From: Bdellovibrio sp.
GTDB lineage: Bacteria > Bdellovibrionota > Bdellovibrionia > Bdellovibrionales > Bdellovibrionaceae
Direction: 5' to 3'
DNA: 64,000 nt
Assembly: GCA_036677065.1 (NCBI GenBank)
Contig: JAKFBS010000002.1
Coordinates: 352,001-416,000 of the forward strand
The notes under the pieces: model-generated
What the model saw: the letters and a program-made list of their open reading frames with translations, nothing else
Told to the model about the DNA's origin: nothing
The model's database searches: none
Shown: positions 48,584 to 57,925 of the stretch, piece after piece
Layout: each line of letters starts with the position of its first letter
How positions within the stretch are numbered: the first letter of the stretch is position 1
Position numbers and translations under genes: made by a program

Positions 48584-48598
48584 TGGCCTTTTTATTGA
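48584..48598 (+). promoter_or_regulatory. possible sigma54 promoter
   Basis: TGGCCT-TTTTA-TTGA close to ATG 48612. Confidence 0.35.
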
Positions 48599-48611
48599 AA
48601 TATACTTTGTT

Positions 48612-50555
48612 ATGACTAACAAGCAGATTACATTTCTCGTGTTTACTATTTTCTATTTTACTTCATCGGTTCATGCAGAATCTCTTGAATTGAGTAAACA
48701 GGTTCTAGCTCCTTTTTATCAATCTGATACATTTTTAACCCAGCTGGGCTTTAAAGACTATGTGGGGCTGGCTGAAGATACATTAGATAAAAATGACGAT
48801 ATTCATCCGGTTTCAAAGCTGGTACTTGAAAAAAATCTCGATATTTATGCGCCTCTGCAATCGGCAAAATATATTGGCAACCTAACTTATGCTTTTTTAG
48901 TTCTTAATGAATCACTTCCTGTTGAGCAACGAAATAAGAATATTCAAACTGTTATAAACATAGCTACACAGCAGATCGCGGCGTTCCCGTTGATTGGTTT
49001 AGAACCGGTACAAGGCGAGGAATATCGTATAGCCCGTGGTAAAAATGCTTTAGAAATTCGTACAGAATATCTCACCAACCGAGCGGTCACCAGACACAGT
49101 ACCGAGAAACAAAACCTGATTAAATCATTTACCTATCTTTATCAGCAGCTAGAAGCTGGCCCCACGAAATCAGTAGCCGTGTTTCAGACTTGGATTGATC
49201 GCCATCTTAATAAAGCCTTGCTTGAAACTTATACCATGTCAAACACCCAGCAAAATCGCTACCTGGGGCGCGCTATCGTCTCTGTCTTAGTCAAATATGC
49301 CCGTGATAAAAAATATTCTGCACTAGAGGCGCGACTTTCTAGTCAATTACAAACAATGGATATTGTATTAACTGATTTGGTTTCTGGAAAATACACTGCT
49401 CCAGATAAACAACCTTCTTTACAACTTAAAAGCGGCGATATAGCTCTCGAATTTTCAAATGGCCAAGATGCATTTTTTACTTCGGTCGGGGTTAAACCCA
49501 CCAGTCCTGAAAATTTGAAAGTGGCACAGCAATTCAATTTAATCAGTAGCTACAGCAATATCCCCGTCTTTATTTCTCAAGAGTATTATAATAAAGCGCT
49601 AGATAAGAAAAAATCGAATCTAGTTTTAAATGAAACAGAAGAAAAAATTCTTGTCGATTTCTGGAATCCTAAAATTTCAAAAGGGTATTCGCACGCTGGC
49701 ATTGTCGAAGTTAACACCGACAAAGAGACCGGTATCTCTTTAGCGTGGGTACGAGATATTTATCCGAAGCAAGGCATCGGTGGTGTGCGCTTAATGACGC
49801 CTGAAGGTTTTGCTTATCCTGAAAGATATGTGCGCCTTGGCTTTGCCCGGTACAATCCAGAAAAAGTGCTACAGGCTTACAAACAACAAATTGAAACCCG
49901 TGGGTATAAACAATACATTATGGATAGCAATGAAAGTCAGGTTCTTATAAACCCTGATCGCGAACAAGAAGAACCTTATCTAAATAAAGCAAAGCGCCAT
50001 AAGTGGCCATCAAAGATTTCTAAAAACGAAGTTGACCAACTTATTCAAAAAGCATCTTCGATGACTGCCCAAGACTGGTATCAAAATGAATTTCTTCCTA
50101 AGGTTTTTCAACGTCTGGATGAATACGCTTCTGGTAAAGACGCTTTGGCTTTTTCTTTCAATTTTGAAAACACACGTTCTATGGCCTATTGTTCGCAGCT
50201 TGTGCGTTTAGCTTTCTTGCAAGCAACTAATTTCGATCCTGTTTCGACGCCAGATAAACTTCGTTCTCTACCTGAAATTGTTGCAAAATATTACCCGGAA
50301 AAAGTAGCCATTGATACTGAAGGCGGATTTGTTTCTCCGTCTGGTTTAGTCTGGCAATCCAGTATTATCGAAAATCATGTTCACTATAACTTTTCTCGCC
50401 AACGTGCAGAACTGCAAAACGCCACCCGCACGTTCGTTGATCATTATACGAACTACTTAGGACATAATATAACTATCAACGCTATTCCTTTAGTGATTAC
50501 ACCACAGACACTGGATCCTGAAGATGCCTACATAGATGATGACCTAAGTCTTTAG
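48612..50555 (+). CDS. secreted protein with permuted papain-like (YiiX/YebB, NlpC/P60) amidase domain
   Basis: LKSGDI, GYSHAGIV, YCSQLV, SP.GL in permuted order; signal peptide. Confidence 0.7.
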   Translation: MTNKQITFLVFTIFYFTSSVHAESLELSKQVLAPFYQSDTFLTQLGFKDYVGLAEDTLDKNDDIHPVSKLVLEKNLDIYAPLQSAKYIGNLTYAFLVLNESLPVEQRNKNIQTVINIATQQIAAFPLIGLEPVQGEEYRIARGKNALEIRTEYLTNRAVTRHSTEKQNLIKSFTYLYQQLEAGPTKSVAVFQTWIDRHLNKALLETYTMSNTQQNRYLGRAIVSVLVKYARDKKYSALEARLSSQLQTMDIVLTDLVSGKYTAPDKQPSLQLKSGDIALEFSNGQDAFFTSVGVKPTSPENLKVAQQFNLISSYSNIPVFISQEYYNKALDKKKSNLVLNETEEKILVDFWNPKISKGYSHAGIVEVNTDKETGISLAWVRDIYPKQGIGGVRLMTPEGFAYPERYVRLGFARYNPEKVLQAYKQQIETRGYKQYIMDSNESQVLINPDREQEEPYLNKAKRHKWPSKISKNEVDQLIQKASSMTAQDWYQNEFLPKVFQRLDEYASGKDALAFSFNFENTRSMAYCSQLVRLAFLQATNFDPVSTPDKLRSLPEIVAKYYPEKVAIDTEGGFVSPSGLVWQSSIIENHVHYNFSRQRAELQNATRTFVDHYTNYLGHNITINAIPLVITPQTLDPEDAYIDDDLSL

Positions 50556-50564
50556 ATTATAATT

Positions 50565-51500
50565 TTAATTTCTTTTAATAAAATCAATAATTGCCATATG
50601 AACCTGGTCTGCGACTTGGCTTACCGATTCTGCCATAAGCTGATGGGGTACATGGCCTGGACGATAATAAGTTCTTAACTCTAAATCAGAAAAGTTTTTT
50701 TTCAGCACCTTGATCTGGCTATGAGGATCTGAAACCCAATCTTCCATAGATATAATTGCGTTTACAGGAACTTCAATCTGTTTTGCCAATCTTCGATCTC
50801 TGTTTATTTTACCTAAATCTATAACTTCAAACATTGATAAAATCGGTGCTGTTTGCAGATAGGTATCCGGTGTATCGACAATAACCCGCGCATCAGCCAC
50901 AGGAACATGTTCTAAAACCCATCCCAATTCGATTTCACGAACCCCAGAAGTTTTAGCTGCCTGTAGAGCGATATTAAATTCAGGATGGTTCTGAAAAAAT
51001 GCTGAAATTAAAGTAACTGACGCTATTTTTTTATCTTCAGGATGAGTCGTTATGTAATCATGTATAATCGTTGCACCCGTCGAAAATCCAACTAAGTGAA
51101 TTTTTGAAAAACATTTTTCTGCGCGTTTGATTTCACGAACGTTCCAGCGTAGCCAGTGATCTTTCGTGTAAAAATTTGCAACTTTAGCGGTCGCACCGTA
51201 ACCAGGAATTAATCCTGAGTACACCGAATAGCCTGCGCGATTCAGCATATCTGCCACTGATTTTAATTCATTCGGGTTACCCAAAAAACCATGAATTAAA
51301 AAAACTAACTCATTTTTTTTGCCTTTAGTGGCATAGCCTTCGGCTTTATCAGTTAAATCTGAAAACTTCAGATCTAACAATCGATACTGAAGTTCACGCG
51401 AATCCATAAGTGACTCAGTACGCTCCTTGAAGTTTTCCCAACAAGTATCGGCGTGAGCATTAGCGACTAAGAATAGAGTGATAAGTATAAAGTATTTCAT
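50565..51500 (-). CDS. secreted alpha/beta hydrolase (carboxylesterase/lipase)
   Basis: IHGF, GFSTG nucleophile elbow, D and H catalytic candidates; signal peptide. Confidence 0.85.
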   Translation of the reverse strand: MKYFILITLFLVANAHADTCWENFKERTESLMDSRELQYRLLDLKFSDLTDKAEGYATKGKKNELVFLIHGFLGNPNELKSVADMLNRAGYSVYSGLIPGYGATAKVANFYTKDHWLRWNVREIKRAEKCFSKIHLVGFSTGATIIHDYITTHPEDKKIASVTLISAFFQNHPEFNIALQAAKTSGVREIELGWVLEHVPVADARVIVDTPDTYLQTAPILSMFEVIDLGKINRDRRLAKQIEVPVNAIISMEDWVSDPHSQIKVLKKNFSDLELRTYYRPGHVPHQLMAESVSQVADQVHMAIIDFIKRN

Positions 51501-51578
51501 TCAAGTTTTATGTTACCCACATAATCATGTCTTTTTCAAACTCGACATTGTGTGGTCTTGGTGTTAATCTAGCTGCCT

Positions 51579-52298
51579 ATGATTAAGGCTAAAACCAATG
51601 CCCAGTTACTTCAAGCACGACCTTTTACATTATCTCTAAGCTCTGGATTTTTCGGCTTTTTTGCTCATGCGGGCTTTATTCAGGCCTTAGAAGAAAAAGG
51701 GTTAAAACCAAAACTGCTTGTTGGCAGTAGCGCCGGAGCTCTAGCAGCTGCCTGTTATGCGAGCGGCTTTAGTGCAAAAGATATGGCCAAAGAATTTACC
51801 CGCATTAAAAAATCTGATTTCTGGGATGTAGGTTTTGGTTTTGGCTTAGTTCGCGGTGAAAAACTTGAAAAACTATGTGCTCAGTTTATGGCTCCTGACT
51901 TCTCTGAAGTTACAACACCGCTGCAAATATCAGCTTTTGATGTCTTTGCTTTAAAAACTAAAACGCTTGTGACTGGTTCTGTAGCTAAAGCCGTACGTGC
52001 ATCGTGCGCTGTGCCTGGCTTATTTCATCCCGTGTGTATTGATAAGCGCACCTACCTTGATGGCGGTGTCGCTGACAAAATGGGCTTATCAGGTGTATCT
52101 CGTGAAGACTTTGTCTTATGCCACAGCTTAGGCAGCACGAATGGCTTTGAATCTGCGCGTGTGAACCGAAAACATTATAAAAATTTAATGCAATTTGAAT
52201 TAAAAAATATTTCCCGCTCTGGTCCAGATCATTTGCATGTTGGCCCAGAAATTATCACTGAAGCTTACAAGCAAACTAAAACCTGGCTTGAGTCTTAA
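51579..52298 (+). CDS. patatin-like phospholipase
   Basis: SSGFFGFFAH, GSSAG, DGG. Confidence 0.88.
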   Translation: MIKAKTNAQLLQARPFTLSLSSGFFGFFAHAGFIQALEEKGLKPKLLVGSSAGALAAACYASGFSAKDMAKEFTRIKKSDFWDVGFGFGLVRGEKLEKLCAQFMAPDFSEVTTPLQISAFDVFALKTKTLVTGSVAKAVRASCAVPGLFHPVCIDKRTYLDGGVADKMGLSGVSREDFVLCHSLGSTNGFESARVNRKHYKNLMQFELKNISRSGPDHLHVGPEIITEAYKQTKTWLES

Positions 52299-52363
52299 GC
52301 TTAGCGTTCTTGTTAACACAATAATAATTTGACTCTTGTTTTGCGTGCGACTTCAATTGGGGC

Positions 52364-53434
52364 ATGAAAAAAATATTTTCGTGTCTTGTTCTTAGCCTAT
52401 CGCTACCGGCACTTCTAAATGCTAAACCTTTAGTATTAGGCCATCGCGGCGCTTGCGGTTACCGTCCCGAACACACTCTGGCTTCATACCAATTAGCCAT
52501 CGATATGGGGGCTGACTACATCGAACCAGATCTTGTAAGCACGAAAGATGGCGTCTTAATCGCCCGTCATGAAAATGAAATCTCTGAAACGACTGATGTC
52601 GCCGTAAAATTTCCAGAACGCAAAACCACAAAAACTATTGATGGCAAAGCGATCACGGGTTGGTTTACAGAAGATTTTACTTTAAAAGAAATTAAAACAC
52701 TGCGAGCAAAAGAGCGATTGCCTTTTCGCGATCAAACTTTTAACGGTCAATTTGAAATTCCAACTTTTCAAGAAGTGATTGAGCTTGCCAAAAACCAAGG
52801 TAAAAAACTTAAAAGAACTATCGGTCTATATCCTGAAACGAAACACCCGACATATTTTCAAAGCATTCGACTTTCTTTAGAAGAGCCTTTAGCTAAAGAA
52901 TTAAAGGCTGCTGGCTTAAATAAGAAATCATCACCGGTATTTATTCAGTCTTTTGAATTAGGTAATCTTAAAAAATTAAAAAGTTTAACGAAGAATAAAT
53001 TAATATTTTTAATTGATGATCCAGAAGTTGTGCCCGCCGATTTTCAAGCCAGCGGTGATAAACGCACTTATCTTCAGTTAATGACTCCTGAAGGCTTGAA
53101 AGAAATTAAAAAAACTGTTGATGGTATTGGCCCGTACAAACGCTACATTTTACCGACAAAAATAGTGACCGGTAAAAATGGTGAAAAAACTGAAGAAAAA
53201 CTTTCACCAACGCCCCTTATTAAAATGGCTCACGCTGTGGGGTTATTAGTGCATCCCTACACCTTCAGAAGCGAAGAAAAGTATTTACTTAAAGAGTACA
53301 ACAAAGACCCGCAAGCAGAGTATTTAGAATTTTTTGCTTTAGGTGTTGATGGCTTATTTACAGATTTTGCTGATCACGCCGTACGTGCCCGCGAAACTTA
53401 TTTAAAATCTTTAACAAAAAAAGAAACGAGATAA
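52364..53434 (+). CDS. glpQ: periplasmic glycerophosphodiester phosphodiesterase
   Basis: HRGA.GYRPEHT, IEPD, RHE, ETKHP, QSFE, GLFTDF; signal peptide. Confidence 0.93.
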   Translation: MKKIFSCLVLSLSLPALLNAKPLVLGHRGACGYRPEHTLASYQLAIDMGADYIEPDLVSTKDGVLIARHENEISETTDVAVKFPERKTTKTIDGKAITGWFTEDFTLKEIKTLRAKERLPFRDQTFNGQFEIPTFQEVIELAKNQGKKLKRTIGLYPETKHPTYFQSIRLSLEEPLAKELKAAGLNKKSSPVFIQSFELGNLKKLKSLTKNKLIFLIDDPEVVPADFQASGDKRTYLQLMTPEGLKEIKKTVDGIGPYKRYILPTKIVTGKNGEKTEEKLSPTPLIKMAHAVGLLVHPYTFRSEEKYLLKEYNKDPQAEYLEFFALGVDGLFTDFADHAVRARETYLKSLTKKETR

Positions 53435-53436
53435 TT

Positions 53437-54441
53437 ATGAAAAGAATGACTAAAAATGTTCTATTGCTTGCGGTAATGGCATTACTTCCTTTTTCTTGCA
53501 CTAAAAAAGAAGAAAAAACTAAAGTGTGGATTTATACTTCACTTTACAAAGACACAATTGCTGATATCCAACCCAAGCTTGCAGCGGCATTTCCAGATGT
53601 GGATGTGCAGTTTTACCAAGCCGGGTCTGAAGAAGTCGCTGCTAAAGTTCAAGCAGAAAACTTAGCCGGAAAAATCCAAGCTGATATTTTAATTTCTTCT
53701 GATCGTTTTTGGTATGAAGATATGGCAAGCCAGCAAAAACTGGTGGCTTACAAACCAGCTCATTCAGACAAAGTTTTAGATTTTTTCAAACATCCTGAAA
53801 ACTTTTACACGACTTTAAGCTTTCCGGTCATGGTCATTGCTTACAATTCTGAAGCCGTCAGCGAAAAAGACGCGCCTAAAACTTTCAAAGAACTAGCTGA
53901 GACAAAATGGAAAGATAAAGTTTCTACAGGTAGCCCGCTAGCTTCTGGCACAAACTTTACGACAGTAGCTTTCTTAGCGAAAAAATATGGTTGGGATTAT
54001 TTCACGCAATTACGTAAAAACAACGTGATTTCTGAAGGCGGAAACTCAGGCGTAGTGCGTAGACTGCAAAGCAAAGAACGCCCTGTAGGAGTAGTGCTTT
54101 TAGAAAACATTTTACGACTAACAACAACGGATGCACGTATTAAATTCATCATTCCTACAGATGGTGCGGTTATTCAATCCAACGTATTAGCCTTAGTCAA
54201 AAAAGATGGCGATCAAGAAAAAACAAAAAAGATTGCTGACTGGATGTTTGGACCTGAAGGCCAAGCTGCAATGGCAAGATCTTTCATGTATCCATCAGTT
54301 GCAGGCAATGCAGCTCCTATTGGCGCACCAGATTTTACAAAACTTATGGAAACAGCGCTTCCTTGGACCCGCGAATTTATCGCAGAAACTATGAAAACAC
54401 GCGAAGAAATTAAAGATAAATTCGCTAAAATTATTTTCTAA
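53437..54441 (+). CDS. ABC transporter substrate-binding lipoprotein (Fe3+/AfuA-like family)
   Basis: PFSC lipobox, YTS, YN...P....L....WK....P.ASG. Confidence 0.85.
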   Translation: MKRMTKNVLLLAVMALLPFSCTKKEEKTKVWIYTSLYKDTIADIQPKLAAAFPDVDVQFYQAGSEEVAAKVQAENLAGKIQADILISSDRFWYEDMASQQKLVAYKPAHSDKVLDFFKHPENFYTTLSFPVMVIAYNSEAVSEKDAPKTFKELAETKWKDKVSTGSPLASGTNFTTVAFLAKKYGWDYFTQLRKNNVISEGGNSGVVRRLQSKERPVGVVLLENILRLTTTDARIKFIIPTDGAVIQSNVLALVKKDGDQEKTKKIADWMFGPEGQAAMARSFMYPSVAGNAAPIGAPDFTKLMETALPWTREFIAETMKTREEIKDKFAKIIF

Positions 54442-54443
54442 TT

Positions 54444-56072
54444 GTGCTAAAAAAAATAGTTTACGTATTATGCATAATTTTACTTGCGGCGCTTTTTCTA
54501 AGCCCGCAGGTTTATCTATACCTAGTACCTAAACTTTCTGACTTTACCGCTGTCATTGCTAATGAAAATACGATTAAAGCGATTAAAAACACTTTTCTAG
54601 TTTCATTAACTGTAGCGGTCTTATGTTTAGCGATTGGTTTACCGCTAGCGTGGTTATTAACCCGCACAAACTTACCGTTTAAAAATTTCTTTCGTTCAGG
54701 ATTTTGCCTACCCTATGCAATTCCGCCTTTTGTTGGAGCTATTGGTTGGATCATCTTAGCAAATCCGACAAGTGGTGTTTTAAACCAATGGCTTGGATTA
54801 AATTTAAATATTTATTCTTACGCGGGTCTAATTTGGGTTGAAACCAGTTTTCTTTTCACCTTTGTACTTCTGACCGCCTTAACTGTTTTAGATCAGATGG
54901 ATTCATCTTTAGAAGAAGCCGCAAGGTTATCTGGCGCCAATGGTTTACGCGTATTTATTGATATCGCATTGCCACTCCTTCGTCCGGCGATCTTGAGTGG
55001 TTTTTTACTCTCGTTTCTGGCAACAGCTGCAAGCTTTGGTGTACCTGCACTGATTGGCGGCCCTGCAAGAATTTATTTAATGACGACCCAGATTTACACC
55101 TATCAGCGAATGGGCACGGCGAATGGCTTACAAATGAGTATCGCGGTGTCGGTCATTTTAGGTATTGCGACATTAGTTTTACTTTACGGCACGCAGTTAT
55201 TTTTTAGTGGCAATAAGAACTACACTGTCGGAGGTAAAACTTCTAGACCCTCACTTGTTCCTCTGAATATCTGGAAGCTACCGCTAACTGTGTTTTTATC
55301 GGTTTTATTTTTTATAATTTTTATTTTACCGTTATCTGGCGTTTTATTATCCGCCCTGAGTTCTGTGCAAGGCTCATGGAGCTTATCTGGTCTAACCTTA
55401 AATAACTTTAACCGTGTGTTATTTGAAACCGAAGAAACGGCACGCGCAATCAGACAGTCTTTATTTTTAGGTTTTACCAGTGCCTTAATTTGCACGGCCT
55501 TTGCGTTTATTTTTAATTATTTTATTTATAGAACTTCTTGGTTCGGCAGAACTTTTGCCAGCGTGATCGCCAGTATGCCATTCTCAACCCCGGGCACAGT
55601 CTTAGCTTTGGCGTTTATCCTCTCATTTAGCCAAGGTTTTTTTGGTGTTGGCCCTTCGCTGTACAACACGCTATTTCTAATTTTACTAGCCTACATTGTT
55701 AAATATATGAGTTTAAGTCTTAAGACTGTTGGCGATGGCTATCAGCAAATTCACCCATCGTTAGAAGAAGCTGCACGCATTTCTGGTGCTCATTGGTGGA
55801 CCATCATGCGCACGATTTATTTACCACTTTTAAAAACGGCTCTAATAGCCTCGATGTTCTTAGTGTTTATGCCAGTTTTAAGTGAACTGACGATGACTAT
55901 ACTACTCACAGGGCCGGGTTTAGAGACCATCGGTACGCTTATTTTTTCGCTGCAAGAGTATTCAGATATGGGCGGCGGCGGTGCTTCGGTCTTATCTATT
56001 ATCGTTGTTGTTTTTATTTTAATATTAAATTTTAGTTTAAAGTTTCTATCAAAGGGTCGGTACGGACTATGA
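54444..56072 (+). CDS. ABC transporter permease (FbpB/AfuB-type, two EAA loops)
   Basis: Two LEEAARxSGA motifs and multiple TM helices. Confidence 0.9.
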   Translation: MLKKIVYVLCIILLAALFLSPQVYLYLVPKLSDFTAVIANENTIKAIKNTFLVSLTVAVLCLAIGLPLAWLLTRTNLPFKNFFRSGFCLPYAIPPFVGAIGWIILANPTSGVLNQWLGLNLNIYSYAGLIWVETSFLFTFVLLTALTVLDQMDSSLEEAARLSGANGLRVFIDIALPLLRPAILSGFLLSFLATAASFGVPALIGGPARIYLMTTQIYTYQRMGTANGLQMSIAVSVILGIATLVLLYGTQLFFSGNKNYTVGGKTSRPSLVPLNIWKLPLTVFLSVLFFIIFILPLSGVLLSALSSVQGSWSLSGLTLNNFNRVLFETEETARAIRQSLFLGFTSALICTAFAFIFNYFIYRTSWFGRTFASVIASMPFSTPGTVLALAFILSFSQGFFGVGPSLYNTLFLILLAYIVKYMSLSLKTVGDGYQQIHPSLEEAARISGAHWWTIMRTIYLPLLKTALIASMFLVFMPVLSELTMTILLTGPGLETIGTLIFSLQEYSDMGGGGASVLSIIVVVFILILNFSLKFLSKGRYGL

Positions 56073-56803
56073 GCAAAGTGATTTTTGAAAATGTCGGTAA
56101 AAAGTATTTAGCTAACTGGGCTGTAAAAGATATTAATCTAACGATTGAAAACGGCGAATTTGTTAGTTTTCTTGGGCCTTCTGGTTGCGGCAAGACCACG
56201 ACCTTAAGAATGATTGCAGGCTTAGAAGAAAACTCACACGGAAAAATTTTATTTGATACCGATGTCGTATCTGATCCCGCCAGTAAAAGTTTTATGTTAC
56301 CCGAGAAGCGCAATGTCGGCATGGTTTTTCAATCTTATGCAGTATGGCCTCACATGAATGTTTTTGAAAATGTGGCTTACCCCTTAAAACTTAAAAAATT
56401 GAGCAAAGAGCAAATTAAGGCTGATGTAGAAAAAATCATGTCTATCGTTGAATTATCAGGATTAGAATTACGCAAGTCTAGCGAACTATCAGGCGGGCAA
56501 CAGCAGCGTGTAGCTTTAGCGCGCGGTTTGGTGATGCGCCCACGCATTTTATTATTAGATGAGCCGCTTTCGAATTTAGATGCAAAACTGCGTGAAAAAA
56601 TGCGCAAAGATATTCGTAAAATTCAGCAGGATTTGAAACTAACCATGGTCTATGTGACTCATGATCAGAAAGAAGCTTTTCAAATGAGTGATAAAGTCGT
56701 CGTGATGAATCATGGAAAAATTGAACAGATCGGCGCACCCTCAGAGATCCAGAAAAATCCAGTCTCTGAATTTGTCGCCGATTTTATTAAATCAGGCGAA
56801 TAA
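56069..56803 (+). CDS. ABC transporter ATP-binding protein
   Basis: GPSGCGKT, LSGGQQQR, LLLDEP, VTHD; short, with no C-terminal TOBE region. Confidence 0.93.
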   Translation: MSKVIFENVGKKYLANWAVKDINLTIENGEFVSFLGPSGCGKTTTLRMIAGLEENSHGKILFDTDVVSDPASKSFMLPEKRNVGMVFQSYAVWPHMNVFENVAYPLKLKKLSKEQIKADVEKIMSIVELSGLELRKSSELSGGQQQRVALARGLVMRPRILLLDEPLSNLDAKLREKMRKDIRKIQQDLKLTMVYVTHDQKEAFQMSDKVVVMNHGKIEQIGAPSEIQKNPVSEFVADFIKSGE

Positions 56804-56804
56804 T

Positions 56805-57233
56805 TTATTCGCCGCACTTAACTTTGTCTTCGTCGCACTCAAAACCATAACGGATGACTTCACTGCACTTCTGCATCACTTCAGCTTTGGCCTGAGTCAT
56901 TGACTTTTGCGTCGAGCTAAAAAGCCCTTTGCTATTCGTCTTGATGAAACACGTAGTTTTTTTAACGTTATCGTTCTCTTTTTTAAGCGCGCCATTTTCG
57001 ACCTCAAGCTCAAAAACTTGCTCTTGCAATTGACGAACAGCTTTTTCTAAACGGTAGATACGTTTTTCAAGCTCACGATTTGATGATTTTTTAGATTCAG
57101 ACCCAAGATCAATATAAACAATTTTTTCGCCTTTATAGCGACCTTTTTGCACTTCAACATAGTCATCGGCGTTTGAGATTTGGGCGATAAATGATGACAT
57201 CACTGCAACTGAACAAACGATTTTTTTAAACAT
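56805..57233 (-). CDS. secreted hypothetical coiled-coil protein
   Basis: AGGAG RBS, signal peptide, heptad segment, 4-Cys C-terminal domain. Confidence 0.7.
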   Translation of the reverse strand: MFKKIVCSVAVMSSFIAQISNADDYVEVQKGRYKGEKIVYIDLGSESKKSSNRELEKRIYRLEKAVRQLQEQVFELEVENGALKKENDNVKKTTCFIKTNSKGLFSSTQKSMTQAKAEVMQKCSEVIRYGFECDEDKVKCGE

Positions 57234-57262
57234 GGTTATTTCTCCTATTAAATTTAAACTAT

Positions 57263-57925
57263 TTACTGGCAGGTCGCTATCGATGCGCTTGCACCTGATT
57301 CTAGATTAAAATGTTTTAACCAGGCATTAAAAAAATCACGTGGCGAAAATACCACACTATGATTTGCGACTGAATCGATTTTAGGAGCTGATACTCCGCA
57401 AGACTGAATTTCTTTAAATAGCGAAATATCATTCACGATATTAATACTTAATCCGTGTAACGTAATACCATTTTTAATCTGTAAACCACAGAAAGCAATT
57501 TTTCCAAGGTCTGTGTAAACGCCCGGTTGATCACATAAATCAATTGTCGAATTTATCTTTAATTCATTCAAAGTTTTTTGCGTGGCTTCAAATAAGGCCT
57601 GTACAAAACCTTTTACTGACATCCCGTACTGTTTCAAATCAACAATTGGATAGATCACTAACTGGCCAGGATTATGAATCGTAGCAAGGCCCCCACGCGA
57701 GATTTTATGTATAGGATACGTCCATGGCTTTACGCAAAAACTATTCACATCAGCTTTGTGAGCGCGTAATCCCAAGGTCATCACCGTTGGATGCTCTAAA
57801 CCAAGAATGTAAGATTTTTTATCTGTAGTTACTTTTGCATGATATTGATATTGCAGCTCTAAAGCTTTATCAAAATCGACTAATCCTAAATACTGTGATT
57901 CTACACTATTGGAAGACTTCAACAC
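57263..57925 (-). CDS. lipB: lipoyl(octanoyl) transferase
   Basis: LEHP.V.TLG, RGG..T.HNPGQLV.YP, KIA..G, HG.SIN, CG; start approximate. Confidence 0.9.
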   Translation of the reverse strand: MLKSSNSVESQYLGLVDFDKALELQYQYHAKVTTDKKSYILGLEHPTVMTLGLRAHKADVNSFCVKPWTYPIHKISRGGLATIHNPGQLVIYPIVDLKQYGMSVKGFVQALFEATQKTLNELKINSTIDLCDQPGVYTDLGKIAFCGLQIKNGITLHGLSINIVNDISLFKEIQSCGVSAPKIDSVANHSVVFSPRDFFNAWLKHFNLESGASASIATCQ

